From: a virus
Lineage: Duplodnaviria > Caudoviricetes
IMG/VR virus record: IMGVR_UViG_3300014205_000174
Reading direction: 5' to 3' (one strand)
Length of the DNA: 64,000 nt
Each line of letters begins with the position of its first letter. The first letter of the stretch is position 1. A model generated the notes under the pieces. That model did not search any database. It saw nothing but the letters and a program-made list of their open reading frames with translations, and was not told where the DNA came from. Position numbers and translations under genes: made by a program. Below, one piece after another: positions 52,665 to 63,317 of this stretch.

Positions 52665-53681
52665 TTAATTACGGAAGGTGTAGGTATTATGTCCTCTGCT
52701 TATTGCGACTTTGGAAAATTGTTTGCTTATGCAACCTGTTCGCTTAGACATTTTGAATTGAGATTCACCTACGCAAAACATGCTGTTGCCTTTTAGCGAA
52801 TTCTGCACAGCCTCATGCAAATATACTGTGTTGTTATCAATGTGTAGCTCGTCTAAGTCTATACTATAGTAGTTGTTTGCGTCTATGCTATACCAACCTC
52901 TACTAACCCATGCACTTTCGCCATTATCAAAGTAAGCAAGGGCTACTGATATTTTTCTGCCGGTATTATTTATCAATTTTAAGTAATGGGTATTATGATT
53001 GTCATTGTTGGAATTGTCGTTGTCGCTTGACGAACTTGGTATATCGTTACCAGCATATAACTTAGATGAAGCGATGCCATTTGCGCCATGCGAAGATGAA
53101 TTGCTCCCACCTGAATAAGTATTATGGTCGGCTTCTCCTTCAACTATAGCAACAATATCTACAGTCACAATAATCCTTGTGGTTAATGATGGGTTTCGTA
53201 GCCCTAAATATAAAAATCTATCCCCTCTTCGGACTTGATAATTTCTTTTGCAACCTAATGAGTTGAGGCAAGTATAATCAGTAAATGTACTCCATTGTCC
53301 ATCCTGTTTATTAAGGAACATGTTTAGGTTCGAGCCGTCTTGGGGTAATAGAAATGCATCTATCTTAGCGTTACTGGGAGGAATGTCAATAAAATCAATT
53401 GCTCTTGATAAAACAAAACTTCCAGTCAGGGTAGCAGTTAACTTAGCTGCGAGTTTTATATCAGGGGCGGCATCATAATCTACAGATGATTTTACAACAT
53501 AGACTATTGATACAGCACCTTCTGGGATACTAACAGGTAGATAAGTCCGCGTAGTACCACCAAGCCGCCCTCCAGAGTTTAATTCAAAAGACTGTTTTGC
53601 TGCAACTTGTACAACTTTGTAGTTTTGTGAATAAATATTGCTGCCACATAAAAAAGCGATAAAGAAAAAGACTGTTCTCAT
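52665..53681 (-). CDS. Secreted protein with C-terminal DUF1036-like domain
   Basis: Signal peptide; NNTGRKISVALAY...WVSRGWYSI. Confidence 0.6.
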   Translation of the reverse strand: MRTVFFFIAFLCGSNIYSQNYKVVQVAAKQSFELNSGGRLGGTTRTYLPVSIPEGAVSIVYVVKSSVDYDAAPDIKLAAKLTATLTGSFVLSRAIDFIDIPPSNAKIDAFLLPQDGSNLNMFLNKQDGQWSTFTDYTCLNSLGCKRNYQVRRGDRFLYLGLRNPSLTTRIIVTVDIVAIVEGEADHNTYSGGSNSSSHGANGIASSKLYAGNDIPSSSSDNDNSNNDNHNTHYLKLINNTGRKISVALAYFDNGESAWVSRGWYSIDANNYYSIDLDELHIDNNTVYLHEAVQNSLKGNSMFCVGESQFKMSKRTGCISKQFSKVAISRGHNTYTFRN

Positions 53682-54421
53682 ATTTTAATCTTTCTTCAAA
53701 ACTAATATAAGAGACCGGAAATTCTATATCGGTCAAATGAATTACATAAAATTTGTTGACAGCCGTACACGCAAAGCCGGTAGTTCATTTCCAGAGGCAC
53801 GAATAGCACCGCTCAAAATATCAACGTTAGCATTTGCTGTGTCATACTTCGATTTATATTGCAACATAAAGTAGGTAACAGTAATCAGGCCCAACAGGCC
53901 TGTTATTTCCAGTGCAATGCGCATAAAAAAATGTTTAAGTGTAAGAAATAAGTTATTTTTGTCTTGTTCTGGGAGTGGAATTTTAGAACAAGACATTACT
54001 GGGTAGTTAGCGCTACCCATTTTTCATACACCAAATATAACACATTCCTTTTGGTAAATACATTTTGCAAACTACGGCAAGTCGGACGTATACCTGTTCA
54101 AAGAAAGTTATCCATAAAAATCTGGACTGAATTTCAAGAATTGAATTGCTGACCGGTTGAAACTCACTGTTGGGGCAAGGATTATTAATGTATTTTGTCC
54201 AATATCTTACGAGCCCTTTCCGTCATATCCTCTAATGCCTTTGGTTCATCATAAAACGCTTTTTGAGTATTTTTTATTTGCCGTTGGTATAGGTCTTCGA
54301 TTCGCTGAAAAATAATGGCCTGATTTGCTATAACTTGTCTCAGCATATCTTTTATTTCTTTGTCCATAATGGTTTGTTTTCTTTAAAGGTAATAAAAAGG
54401 GTAACCCCAGTTTGGGTTACT

Positions 54422-55489
54422 TCATCTTTTTGCTGCTTTAATTACCCTTCTGATTCCGTTGTTCTGTCTTTTCGATACCTGTGCCTTATTGTATTCTGTG
54501 TTCTTTTTTTGTACCCACCCGTTACCCGGAAGCCCATCTTCTCGAGATGTATAACTGATATAGCACCATTTATTCTGGGAGTCTAGAACAACAACGTTTA
54601 GATAATCTTTAATTGAATCAATAATCAAAGAACCAGTTTTAGGCTTGAGATACACAGAGCAATCATTTACTATCATTCTTACCTCGTTCTTTCCCTCTAA
54701 TAGTTTATGTATGGCTGCAAGTTCCTGATGTATTGGCACCAATTCCTGGTGTACTGACGTTAATACCTGATGTATCGGAACTATATCATTTTTCGTCACA
54801 GCATTTGAATCGGGTGGGATTACATACGGCAGAACACATTGAGCAACGGATACAACAAGGCTCAATAAAGTGACCACAAATATTATCTTTTCTCTTTTCT
54901 CTTTATTAGCACCTGACACACTTTTATACAGGTCAGCGCATATTTTCAATATATGTGTTTTGAAGAATTCAAAATCTTCCATTGTAATACCTGAGCCTCC
55001 GCCGGTAAGTCTTTCACTCATCTCCGCTACATCAGCCGTCACCTCTGCAAATTCATCCAATGATTCCCAGTCTTCGATTTTCGCATAGTATCTGGCAAGG
55101 GAGCTGGAAATGCCTGCCATCGCTGTTTGTAGAGTAGATATCTGGACAGCGGAGACCCGGTGACTATAGAAATTCTCTCGGATGCCATTTAGCGTAGACA
55201 TACCCCGTATTGAATTATACAGAGCGGGGTTAATGCTGATTGCTTTACTTGCTACCGACATGCGTTCGAAATGCTGCCCCATTGATATTACAGCGGTCAT
55301 TGCGCTATCGGGTATTCTAGGAACATTGAACCTGTTTGCTAAATTAGCAAAGGCCGAGAACGAGGGTATTTGCGTTTGAAATCTTTCAGGCAAGCGGGAC
55401 ATAGAATCAAAACGAGAAAATGTTTGCATCATCTCGTTTATCTTATTAAACCTGCCAAAAAAGTTATTCAGTCCATTGAAATCATGCAT
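54422..55489 (-). CDS. Membrane protein with C-terminal SH3b-like domain
   Basis: TM helix IIFVVTLLSLVVSVA; VYLKP...VVVL....KWCYISY...GWVQKK. Confidence 0.55.
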   Translation of the reverse strand: MHDFNGLNNFFGRFNKINEMMQTFSRFDSMSRLPERFQTQIPSFSAFANLANRFNVPRIPDSAMTAVISMGQHFERMSVASKAISINPALYNSIRGMSTLNGIRENFYSHRVSAVQISTLQTAMAGISSSLARYYAKIEDWESLDEFAEVTADVAEMSERLTGGGSGITMEDFEFFKTHILKICADLYKSVSGANKEKREKIIFVVTLLSLVVSVAQCVLPYVIPPDSNAVTKNDIVPIHQVLTSVHQELVPIHQELAAIHKLLEGKNEVRMIVNDCSVYLKPKTGSLIIDSIKDYLNVVVLDSQNKWCYISYTSREDGLPGNGWVQKKNTEYNKAQVSKRQNNGIRRVIKAAKR

Positions 55490-55572
55490 AACGTACGGTT
55501 GTACGTCAATTGTAACAAAAAAAGTTTACGCTTTCATGTTTCTTCGAAAATTTATAGAAACTTTGAGTATCC

Positions 55573-56229
55573 TCACGGAATGTAAGACTTAGCAATATCT
55601 TGCACTTTGGTGCGGACTGAAGACATAACGGCATTTTTCCAACCCTTGCTCTCATATCTTATTTCATTTCCAGTCGCATCATCTTGAATAACTAGCTCGC
55701 AATGGCTTACGTTAGAATACGTTGGCCTGTGGCGAACTTTGACACGAAAATAGACAGTCCTAGCCGGTTTCGAAGCAACTACTATAGAATCGGTATAATC
55801 ATCTATTAGTCCTATAGGGATAAAAAAATGTTGCTTTTCGTAATCCCGTTTATAGTCACCCCTTTTAGGACGCAGACCTCGTTTTTTGCCGTACCAATTG
55901 CGTATGAATTCTGGTTTTCTTTTTGAAATGAACTCCACTTGCGTATCGTGCGGCTTGCTATATGGCACTTTGTTCGTGGAATAGCCTGGAAGTTCTTTCA
56001 ACCCTATCGCTAGCGGACTAATCAAACCATCGAATTGAGTAAGTGGAATATTGGCCTTAACCGCCCTACATAGATATTCAGTGGCCTTTAGCCTGCTAAG
56101 TAGTCGGGAATAGGATTTCGGAACTAAGTATAGAGGATATCTCTTCTTGCAACGATTTCTGAAACGGGTAATACGAAGAATAGGCTGGACGGCGAGCTTG
56201 ATTCTTATGAATGATGGTATATATTTCAT
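55573..56229 (-). CDS. Hypothetical protein, possibly ART/RES-like fold
   Basis: YLCR, YSTN and VRHRPTYSNVSHCEL pattern; weak. Confidence 0.3.
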   Translation of the reverse strand: MKYIPSFIRIKLAVQPILRITRFRNRCKKRYPLYLVPKSYSRLLSRLKATEYLCRAVKANIPLTQFDGLISPLAIGLKELPGYSTNKVPYSKPHDTQVEFISKRKPEFIRNWYGKKRGLRPKRGDYKRDYEKQHFFIPIGLIDDYTDSIVVASKPARTVYFRVKVRHRPTYSNVSHCELVIQDDATGNEIRYESKGWKNAVMSSVRTKVQDIAKSYIP

Positions 56230-57042
56230 TTACACTTCCAAAGTAGGACTGTAATTTAGTGTCATTTTCGTAAATATGCAGCACTGCCTCAACATCATTT
56301 TCATCATTTTTATCGAAAGTATAAAAAAGTTCCAATTTATACTGATTCCCATTATCAAACTGAAGTGTTAAATACAGACTAGAAGAGTCGGTTAATGATG
56401 CCATAAAGTTCTTGAATTTGTACATTCTGAACTCATCGACCGTCCTACTTATGTAATGACGAATGTGCTTGATATGCTGTTGGTCTTCGTCAGCAATCAT
56501 GTTGAACTGCTTATTGATAGTGGAATATGCAATTCCTTTAAGAAGATTGTTTTGCTTAACTCCTTGTTATTAGATAACGTAATTGTTATCGTTTGCTCTC
56601 CCGATTCTATTTTTTTCACGGCCTCTTTATATTTTTCAGCATCATCTTTATTAGACAAAATTTGTCTTACTTCCTCACTCATAACATCAAGGTCGTTACT
56701 AAAAAATGAATTAATAACACTCCTCAATGCACCCGATATCTGTGTCAGAACAACTTTCATAATAAGTATGGTAAATAAACTATGCCATCAAGCGGCTGGT
56801 CAAATATAATATCTTTCTACCCACATTTCCAATAGCTCAAACGTTGTAACTGGCCAAAAATTGCAAAATGAGTTGAAATTTAACCGTTTTTTTACCTCAA
56901 GATGCTTAATGGTCGCACTAATTATTTACCATGGTGGTATCTGGAAAGCTCCATGACAGTACCCGAGCGGTACTGTCATGGAACTTGTGTTTTGCAGTTT
57001 TACTATATACCATTACGTTTGCATTGTACCCAAACTTTTGCA

Positions 57043-57783
57043 ATGAGATACTATATGTTTATTGATGAAAGCGGAGAGGCGAACATTACAAATCCAGACC
57101 CGCGATTTAATATATTTGTTCTGTGCGGGGTTATTTTTCGAGAAGACTGTTACCATACATTCAATCAACGATTCAAGGATATTAAGAACAATATATTTGG
57201 CAAAGAGGATATAGTATTTCATTCAGTTGAAATGAGGCCAAAGAAAGGAGTATTCAAAATTTTCTTGGATAAAGGGATTCTGGATAATTTTTATTTAGAG
57301 ATTGACGATATACTTAAAAATTGCGATTACCATATTATTTCCTGCGTTGTAAATAAAGAAAAGTACAAAATGGTCTATCCGGAAAAAAACCACGCTTATG
57401 AAGACGCCCTAACGTTTATATGCGAACGTGGGATTCATCTGATGGGAAGCAAAAACCGGCAAAACGTTTTGCATTTTTGCTTAGAAAAACGAGGAAAAAG
57501 CAAGGATGCGCAAATAAAGAAATACTACACTCGGTTTCTAAAATATGGGACTCAATATGTCAGCACCTACGACTTCCAATTGTGTCACCCTCATTTGCAC
57601 TTTCGAGGCAAAGACGAGAACATAAACGGGTTGCAACTTGCCGACTTAGTTGCATACCCTATTGCCCGAAAAATTCTTTCCCCCGAAAAGCCACAGCTAA
57701 CATTTAATATTTTTGAAGAGAAGTTATATTGCGGGAGCAATACCCGCTCCTATATTGGATGGGGTATAAAGCACTTCCCCTAA
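57043..57783 (+). CDS. DUF3800-family protein
   Basis: YMFIDESG, FHSVE, GLQLADLVAYPI; likely start ATG 57043. Confidence 0.85.
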   Translation: MRYYMFIDESGEANITNPDPRFNIFVLCGVIFREDCYHTFNQRFKDIKNNIFGKEDIVFHSVEMRPKKGVFKIFLDKGILDNFYLEIDDILKNCDYHIISCVVNKEKYKMVYPEKNHAYEDALTFICERGIHLMGSKNRQNVLHFCLEKRGKSKDAQIKKYYTRFLKYGTQYVSTYDFQLCHPHLHFRGKDENINGLQLADLVAYPIARKILSPEKPQLTFNIFEEKLYCGSNTRSYIGWGIKHFP

Positions 57784-57846
57784 ACGGTGAAACCTCAAAT
57801 TAATGAGGCTTCCCTACGGCAAGGCATCCGCCTGACACGTATTCAG
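57780..57846 (-). ncRNA. Candidate DUF3800-associated antisense small RNA
   Basis: Minus-strand TATCTTTG promoter motif near 57846-57853, followed by a short structured sequence ending in hairpin gaagcctca-ttaatt-tgaggtttc, convergent with the DUF3800 stop. Confidence 0.45.
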
Positions 57847-57955
57847 CAAAGATAGACGCATTTTCTTAAAATTCGATTTGTTTAACAAAATACCGTTATT
57901 TAACGGTATTTTGCTAAACTTCTATTGTATAGCTTTGCCTGTAAACTAAACACTT

Positions 57956-59122
57956 ATGAAGAAGTATTTTCCAATATTGGTATCAAAACTCGGTGAAATA
58001 AAAGCCTTAGAATGTTTGACGCAAGCAGCGAAGGAAGAAATATCTCCCGTTATCGAGTTAACCCCAGATATGTTTTTGGATGGATGGACTGAGAAGAAGA
58101 AAAACGCTGAAGCTGCTGCCGATGAAAAAAGAATGAAGAATAACCTAGACCCTATTGACAGAACTGCACGTAAACAGAAAGGTTATGAAAACATATTACT
58201 TACAAGCCTGAAAAAACATTGGATATTTCCTGATAACCAGATTCTGTTAGATTTTACCCATTGCGGCCTCACACTGCCTCGATATATATCTGAATTTCTA
58301 GCAGTCCTTAACTCAAGTAACATTAATGTAGTTCCGGTTGTATCTGCGACAAATTCACAAGATATCATCGATTTAATTTTAAAATTCGTGACTGAAAATG
58401 ACAGGCCTATCTGCCTACGTTTTGATTCGAATAATTTCGATAAAATATCTGAGCAAACCATTTTTGATAATCTCGTCACATCATATAATGTCAATAGAAA
58501 CCGTGTTATGATTTTGTTGGATGGCGGATATATTGAGGGGCACACTTACGAAATGTTTAAAAAATACACCTTAGAAGCCCTAAGCAGTCTGCCGAATACT
58601 AACGACTGGCGGGAGATTATTGTTAGTTTTGGTTCATTCCCTAAAGACCTATCAGATAGTAGCCTAGTCGCAAGAAAGGAACCACATCTACTTAAAAGAC
58701 ACGAGTGGGTAATATGGCAGGACATTAAGAAAGCAAATGCATGCGGCGGAAGGGTTAGATACAGCGACTACGGAATTAAGCATCCCGCATATGAAGAAAT
58801 AGGGTTTCCAGGCACTGCAAGCATAAAGTACAGTAGCGAAAATAATTTTGTCATTTATAAAGGCAAAAAATCGGGTGAAACTAAGTTAGGTAATGCTCAA
58901 TATATTATGCATGCGAAGGAACTAGTAACATCCGAATATTATACTAATGAGCACTTTTGCTGGGGGGACGAAAATATTATGGAATACTCAAAGAAAAGCC
59001 CAGAACCAACGCCAGCTAAAAAACCGGAAGGAAAACCCAAAAGGCCGGAATCTGGAGCCGCCAAAGAATGGATAGCATTTGGTCAAAATCACCATTTAAC
59101 TTTAATGAACAGCTTACTTTAA
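57956..59122 (+). CDS. Beta-family (T4 beta/Sce7725-like) protein
   Basis: YFPIL..K.GE..AL..L, GSFP.DL, R.EW..W, YSDYGIKHP, CWGD..I, W.....NHHLT. Confidence 0.8.
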   Translation: MKKYFPILVSKLGEIKALECLTQAAKEEISPVIELTPDMFLDGWTEKKKNAEAAADEKRMKNNLDPIDRTARKQKGYENILLTSLKKHWIFPDNQILLDFTHCGLTLPRYISEFLAVLNSSNINVVPVVSATNSQDIIDLILKFVTENDRPICLRFDSNNFDKISEQTIFDNLVTSYNVNRNRVMILLDGGYIEGHTYEMFKKYTLEALSSLPNTNDWREIIVSFGSFPKDLSDSSLVARKEPHLLKRHEWVIWQDIKKANACGGRVRYSDYGIKHPAYEEIGFPGTASIKYSSENNFVIYKGKKSGETKLGNAQYIMHAKELVTSEYYTNEHFCWGDENIMEYSKKSPEPTPAKKPEGKPKRPESGAAKEWIAFGQNHHLTLMNSLL

Positions 59123-59134
59123 GGCAGATTAAGG

Positions 59135-59677
59135 CTATCTTCTTTTCAAAATTTCACGTACAGATGCGGAGAGTGCGTCAATGTCTAAACTTTCGGATAA
59201 TAGCTCACACATATTCCAAACTCTATCGGATTTATAGAACGGAATACCGTGCTTATGAAGCACGGATATAAGCTCTTCTTTGCATAAAAGTTTGGCTATA
59301 AAAAATCCGTTTTTCGAAGGGTTTATGCCTCCTTCCTTTTCAACTTTATATTCCACCTCATCAGGACAATCGGAGCAAATTGCAACAGATACCCAGTCTG
59401 GAGTTATTGTTTTTATTTTTTCAATGTATCTCTTTTCCGTAACTACGGTCAAATAGTCAAAAACATTTGAGTATGCCAATAGCTGGTTTGGTAGGCGATT
59501 TAGAGTGTCAACTGCACTCTTAATCTCATATCCATGAAATGCACCATTAATAACAGCCATATCAATCCTAGCCCCCGCAACGGGCAATTTCATTTCCTCT
59601 ACAATCTTATCAATGTTATTAGTGTACTGCTGCAATTCTGTGCGTTTCAGAATCTCCCTAATGGCTGGGTCTTTCAT
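59135..59677 (-). CDS. Sce7726-family protein (PD-(D/E)xK-like)
   Basis: D..IR, EE.....ARIDMAVING.FHGYEIKS..DTL.RL..Q...YS.VFD. Confidence 0.85.
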   Translation of the reverse strand: MKDPAIREILKRTELQQYTNNIDKIVEEMKLPVAGARIDMAVINGAFHGYEIKSAVDTLNRLPNQLLAYSNVFDYLTVVTEKRYIEKIKTITPDWVSVAICSDCPDEVEYKVEKEGGINPSKNGFFIAKLLCKEELISVLHKHGIPFYKSDRVWNMCELLSESLDIDALSASVREILKRR

Positions 59678-59837
59678 GTTTTTTTCTTTTGGGCATGCGA
59701 AAAATAATATTTAGCTTTGGCTACTAAAGTCAATTAAATATTAACCCATAAGAAAAATATAATTATTTTCTATTAAATTCACAGTAGTGGATGGCAGTCC
59801 GGCTACCGTGACAAAGATAAAAACATTTAGGGAATAA

Positions 59838-59863
59838 AAAAGCCACCGAAAGGTGGCTTTTTT
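59838..59863. terminator. Bidirectional intrinsic terminator
   Basis: aaaaagccacc-gaaa-ggtggctttttt. Confidence 0.75.
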
Positions 59864-60150
59864 AGTGTATTATTTTATAGTCAAATACGCGGCAGGCGGT
59901 GAAAATAAAATCATTCTGACATATTGGGTGCAAAAATTGCGAGATACCAACCTGACAATACCACTGGCATGTAGTTTGAATATCGTTACTTGCGATTTGG
60001 CAAAGCCGTTATCAACATATTCCGAAAGTAATTACATTTGCTGTCGTTGTTTGCTTCAAAACGAACAAAATTATTTACTAAAACAAAGCACATGATTAGA
60101 TAAAAAGAGAATAATTCGACTACATACAAATTTTGTATTGTAACATTTAG

Positions 60151-60295
60151 TTGCTACTCTAAATCTCGAAAATTTAAAATTTCTCGCAACAAATGACTAC
60201 GGTACGCCCGTGTGGCGTAGCTGTGTCTTTTGCGAGAAAGGGCTTTCGAGAGCCTTGAGTAGCGGGAGATTTCAGTTACGCTATTTTTTTGCTCA
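60151..60295 (+). ncRNA. Long-hairpin structured leader RNA (copy 2)
   Basis: Stems gctactc/gagtagc, tctcgaaa/tttcgaga, tttctcgcaa/ttgcgagaaa, then ATTTCAGTTACGCTATTTTTTTGCTCA before ATG 60314. Confidence 0.7.
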
Positions 60296-60313
60296 CAATA
60301 AAACAAACCAACA

Positions 60314-60616
60314 ATGAAAAACACAATTAGAATTACAGCAGTAGTACTTTTTACATTCGCCACTAACGCAAGTCCTTGCATAGCCCAGACCGGTAAGAAG
60401 ACAATGGAATCATCTTTACATGCAAGTGGTGGCGACGCAGCAGCAGCCAACAAGAGCAGAGGTGCATTGGGCGCGGGGAATAACAAGTCAACCCCAGACA
60501 AAGCGCGGGGCGCAGGAGCATCCAAAACAAGAGGTGGAGGTAATGTACATAATGCTCAAAATGCCACAGAGCGAAAAAAGGCGAGAGATATTGTAAAAGA
60601 AAGAGGAGAAAAATAG
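60314..60616 (+). CDS. Small secreted low-complexity protein
   Basis: Signal peptide followed by a G/A/K-rich region. Confidence 0.55.
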   Translation: MKNTIRITAVVLFTFATNASPCIAQTGKKTMESSLHASGGDAAAANKSRGALGAGNNKSTPDKARGAGASKTRGGGNVHNAQNATERKKARDIVKERGEK

Positions 60617-60806
60617 CCCTAATTAGTTCGTTTTTTATTTACGTGTTTGGCTCAGGGGACTTTTGTTCGATAATTTCGCCTGTGGCTATATTCCTATGCA
60701 TTTTGCCAGGCGCATATTCTCTAAACAAGCAAGTGGACTTCTGGCATAATAGTTGTGCATTTCTTATTGCAATTGCTGTTTTTTAAAATCTACGTAACTT
60801 TACAAC

Positions 60807-60950
60807 ATGTCAACTGACAATAAAAAGAGAAAACCAAGGGTAAGTAAATACGACATGACGCTTAAGCTCGATTGCTCATTTGAGGAAGCAATTAAGAAAA
60901 CTCTTGTGGCTGCCGATAAGAAGATAAAGGAAAAGCAGGTCAAAAAGTAA
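60807..60950 (+). CDS. Small basic protein next to the right TIR (47 aa, not in ORF track)
   Basis: MSTDNKKRKPRVSKYDMTLKLDCSFEEAIKKTLVAADKK... Confidence 0.5.
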   Translation: MSTDNKKRKPRVSKYDMTLKLDCSFEEAIKKTLVAADKKIKEKQVKK

Positions 60951-61031
60951 AAATCACCCACATTTTGCTAGCCATAAACTGCATGTTGTCACATTATGAA
61001 TTATTTTCAGCCAAACACGTCAATAGTTGCC

Positions 61032-61795
61032 CCAAATTTGATGGTGTATTGGTACGAGGGCTCCGGCCTACCGAAATACGCCAGATAGCGGGCCGCACAG
61101 GGCGGTTTGGTGTTGCCGGTGCCGAAAATTGCTTTGTGTCCGCCAGCAGCAGCAAGATGCTCAAATATATTACCGACCAATATCACCAGCCGGACGAGGT
61201 GAAGAAAGCCTATGTGGGTCTTGATTTTGAAATGTTTTCCGGTTTTCCGGAAAGCATGTCGGTTCTGGAGCGCGTGCTGATGTTTGAAAAGGTGGATTTC
61301 ATTTTAGATAAACTGAAAGATATAGTGCGCAAGGAAAATGTTGGTAGGTATAAGGAAATTGCGGAAATGGTTAACCGGAAGCAGTTTTGCCTACACACCA
61401 AATGGACTTTGCTGACAGCGCCGGTGAAGGAAAATAATAAAAGCTACTTTTCCGCTACGGTAGATGCCTATGCGCGCAATGGCATTATAAGGCCCCCGGT
61501 AACAGAGATTCTTTCCGAAATCCGGGAATATGAGGATAAGATATCGGAAATAGAGCTGTATTTAAATCTTAGTAGAGTTCTAAATCACGACAATGACGAG
61601 CGGGAATGGATTATGCAGGAAAAGGTTGTGCTGATAAGCCAATTGAGTCAAATGCTCCTGGATAAGAAATTGTCAGTCAAGAAGAAATGCAAAACCTGTA
61701 CGACCATGTTGGCGCTCACTTATCCATATCCTTACTGCGAACCCTGTTATATGAATAGCGTAAGGAATCATTTTGACGATGACGGGTGGTTTTAA
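61032..61795 (+). pseudogene. C-terminal fragment of a Suv3-like SF2 helicase
   Basis: KFDG...L.PTEIRQIAGRTGRFG (motif VI) begins right after the TIR; Walker A/B absent. Confidence 0.75.
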
Positions 61796-61809
61796 AGGGA
61801 CTATAAATT

Positions 61810-61824
61810 TGGCACGCTTATTGC
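61810..61824 (+). promoter_or_regulatory. sigma54-type promoter
   Basis: TGGCACG-CTTA-TTGC. Confidence 0.85.
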
Positions 61825-62700
61825 AGAATATAGGTTAAATATAAGATTTTAACAATGAACGAAGCGGAGATTATAAAAAGTTTGCTCAGGCCCAGGTACC
61901 GATGTATCGGCAATATACCATGGGTGAATTCCATTAAGAAGGGAGATGTCCTTCAGTTCCAGGATGCCGTTGAATCTGCTTCCGGCTCGTTATTGGGTCA
62001 GTATTATATTCTTCAAGAAAAAGAAACATGGATTGACACTATGTTTTTAGATGAATATCCTCATTTGTTCGAGCGTTTATTTTGGTACGAAGACCGGCCT
62101 GTCGATACACCTATGCCAAAATATATGCGTATAGCGGATAATTATCCAAAAAAGAGTAGTGTTGTTTACAGGGTTGATGAGTGGGAGAAAGAACCATACG
62201 GCAATGCGCTATACCCCATAGAGCATGACGATAACGACAAGACGAAGCAATTCCTTAGCATAAAATGGTGGTTTGGCAAGAAGAGAAGCCAACCAGCTTC
62301 CGAGGAAGAATATATACAATACCAGCAGTCGCTTTTAGTACCTGAGCCCAAAATGGAACCGGTAAAAGACGAAGGCCATGTATACGGCAGCTATAAATTT
62401 GGTTCTAAGAAATAGTTTTAATTTTTCAATTCTTAATTTTAAACACGCAAAAATGGCAATAGTACAAGAGCAATTCCGCTGGCCAGCACTGGCTCACAGC
62501 CCAATTTTAACAGGCGATGTTTGTGAAAAAGTAAAAGGAGAGCACCAGGAGCCGTGGGAGATAATATCTATTCAGGTTGATACGATGAAATCCTATACGC
62601 CTGATAATGTAATTAAATTAGGCGAAATATTAATTGAGCTAGGTAACCGCGTTAAAAAGCAATACACATCTACCGGTAAATTTAAAGGCAAAAAACAAAA

Positions 62701-63090
62701 GTGATAGACGCCTGGTACATAGAAAATAAAAAGGCCATACTGCACTTTATGCCACAAGTGCAATATGGGACTAGTCATGCATCAGACGAAACGCTGATTC
62801 GGGAAGTATTGAATTCCGCCAGTGTTGCCCGTTTTTTCATTGAATATCATGGGGAACTGCCTAAGCGCACTATTGATATGCATAAAGAATATTTTGCACC
62901 GCTTTTGCAAATCAACGAACACGATAATGTAGAGGCTGCTATTGACATAGAAGAAGTGCCAAAAGGTTCTAAAGGAGTGGTGGTGTATGTGTACAGTAAT
63001 AAAACCACTTTAGAAGTAGAGTTTATCGTTAACGAGAACAGTATTGTTGAGACAGTAGAATATAACCAGATTTTTAAAAGCATCAATTAA
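62701..63090 (+). CDS. Protein with C-terminal DUF4926-like domain
   Basis: EHD.V....D...VPKG.KGVVVYVY......EVEF. Confidence 0.55.
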   Translation: MIDAWYIENKKAILHFMPQVQYGTSHASDETLIREVLNSASVARFFIEYHGELPKRTIDMHKEYFAPLLQINEHDNVEAAIDIEEVPKGSKGVVVYVYSNKTTLEVEFIVNENSIVETVEYNQIFKSIN

Positions 63091-63317
63091 CACACTATGG
63101 CGAACCTGACTAGTTACATTGTAAAGGCCAAATACCCCAAAATGCCATATCAGGTAGGGGAATTACTAACTGAAATCACCTGCTACCATCCAGATGGGCA
63201 GCCTTACACTATGTTTCGTTGCGAAGCATTAGGGAAAACTACCGGCTCGCAATTTGATTTAACCGAACAGGAGATTACTGATTGCCCTGCTGTTTTTGAA
63301 AAAGTTGAATAATGGTC

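Larger units (their letters stand above)
52517..61031. mobile_element. TIR-bounded non-autonomous cargo element (8515 bp, possibly IS1595-like ends)
   Basis: 43-bp TIRs at 52517-52559 and 60989-61031 (GGCAACTA(C/T)TGACGTGTTTGGCTGAAAATAATTCATAATGTGA, 1 mismatch); both flanking genes broken; no transposase and no TSD seen. Confidence 0.85.

Noticed and set aside
57886-57913. Palindrome containing TAACGGT as a target of the array A spacers
   Set aside because: Only 7 nt are shared; not significant.
60741-60756. Possible additional sigma54 site TGGCATA-ATAG-TTGT
   Set aside because: It deviates from consensus at both boxes and was not counted.
60965-61031. Annotated N-terminus of the 276-aa helicase ORF
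   Set aside because: It is read-through from the element's right TIR, not helicase sequence.
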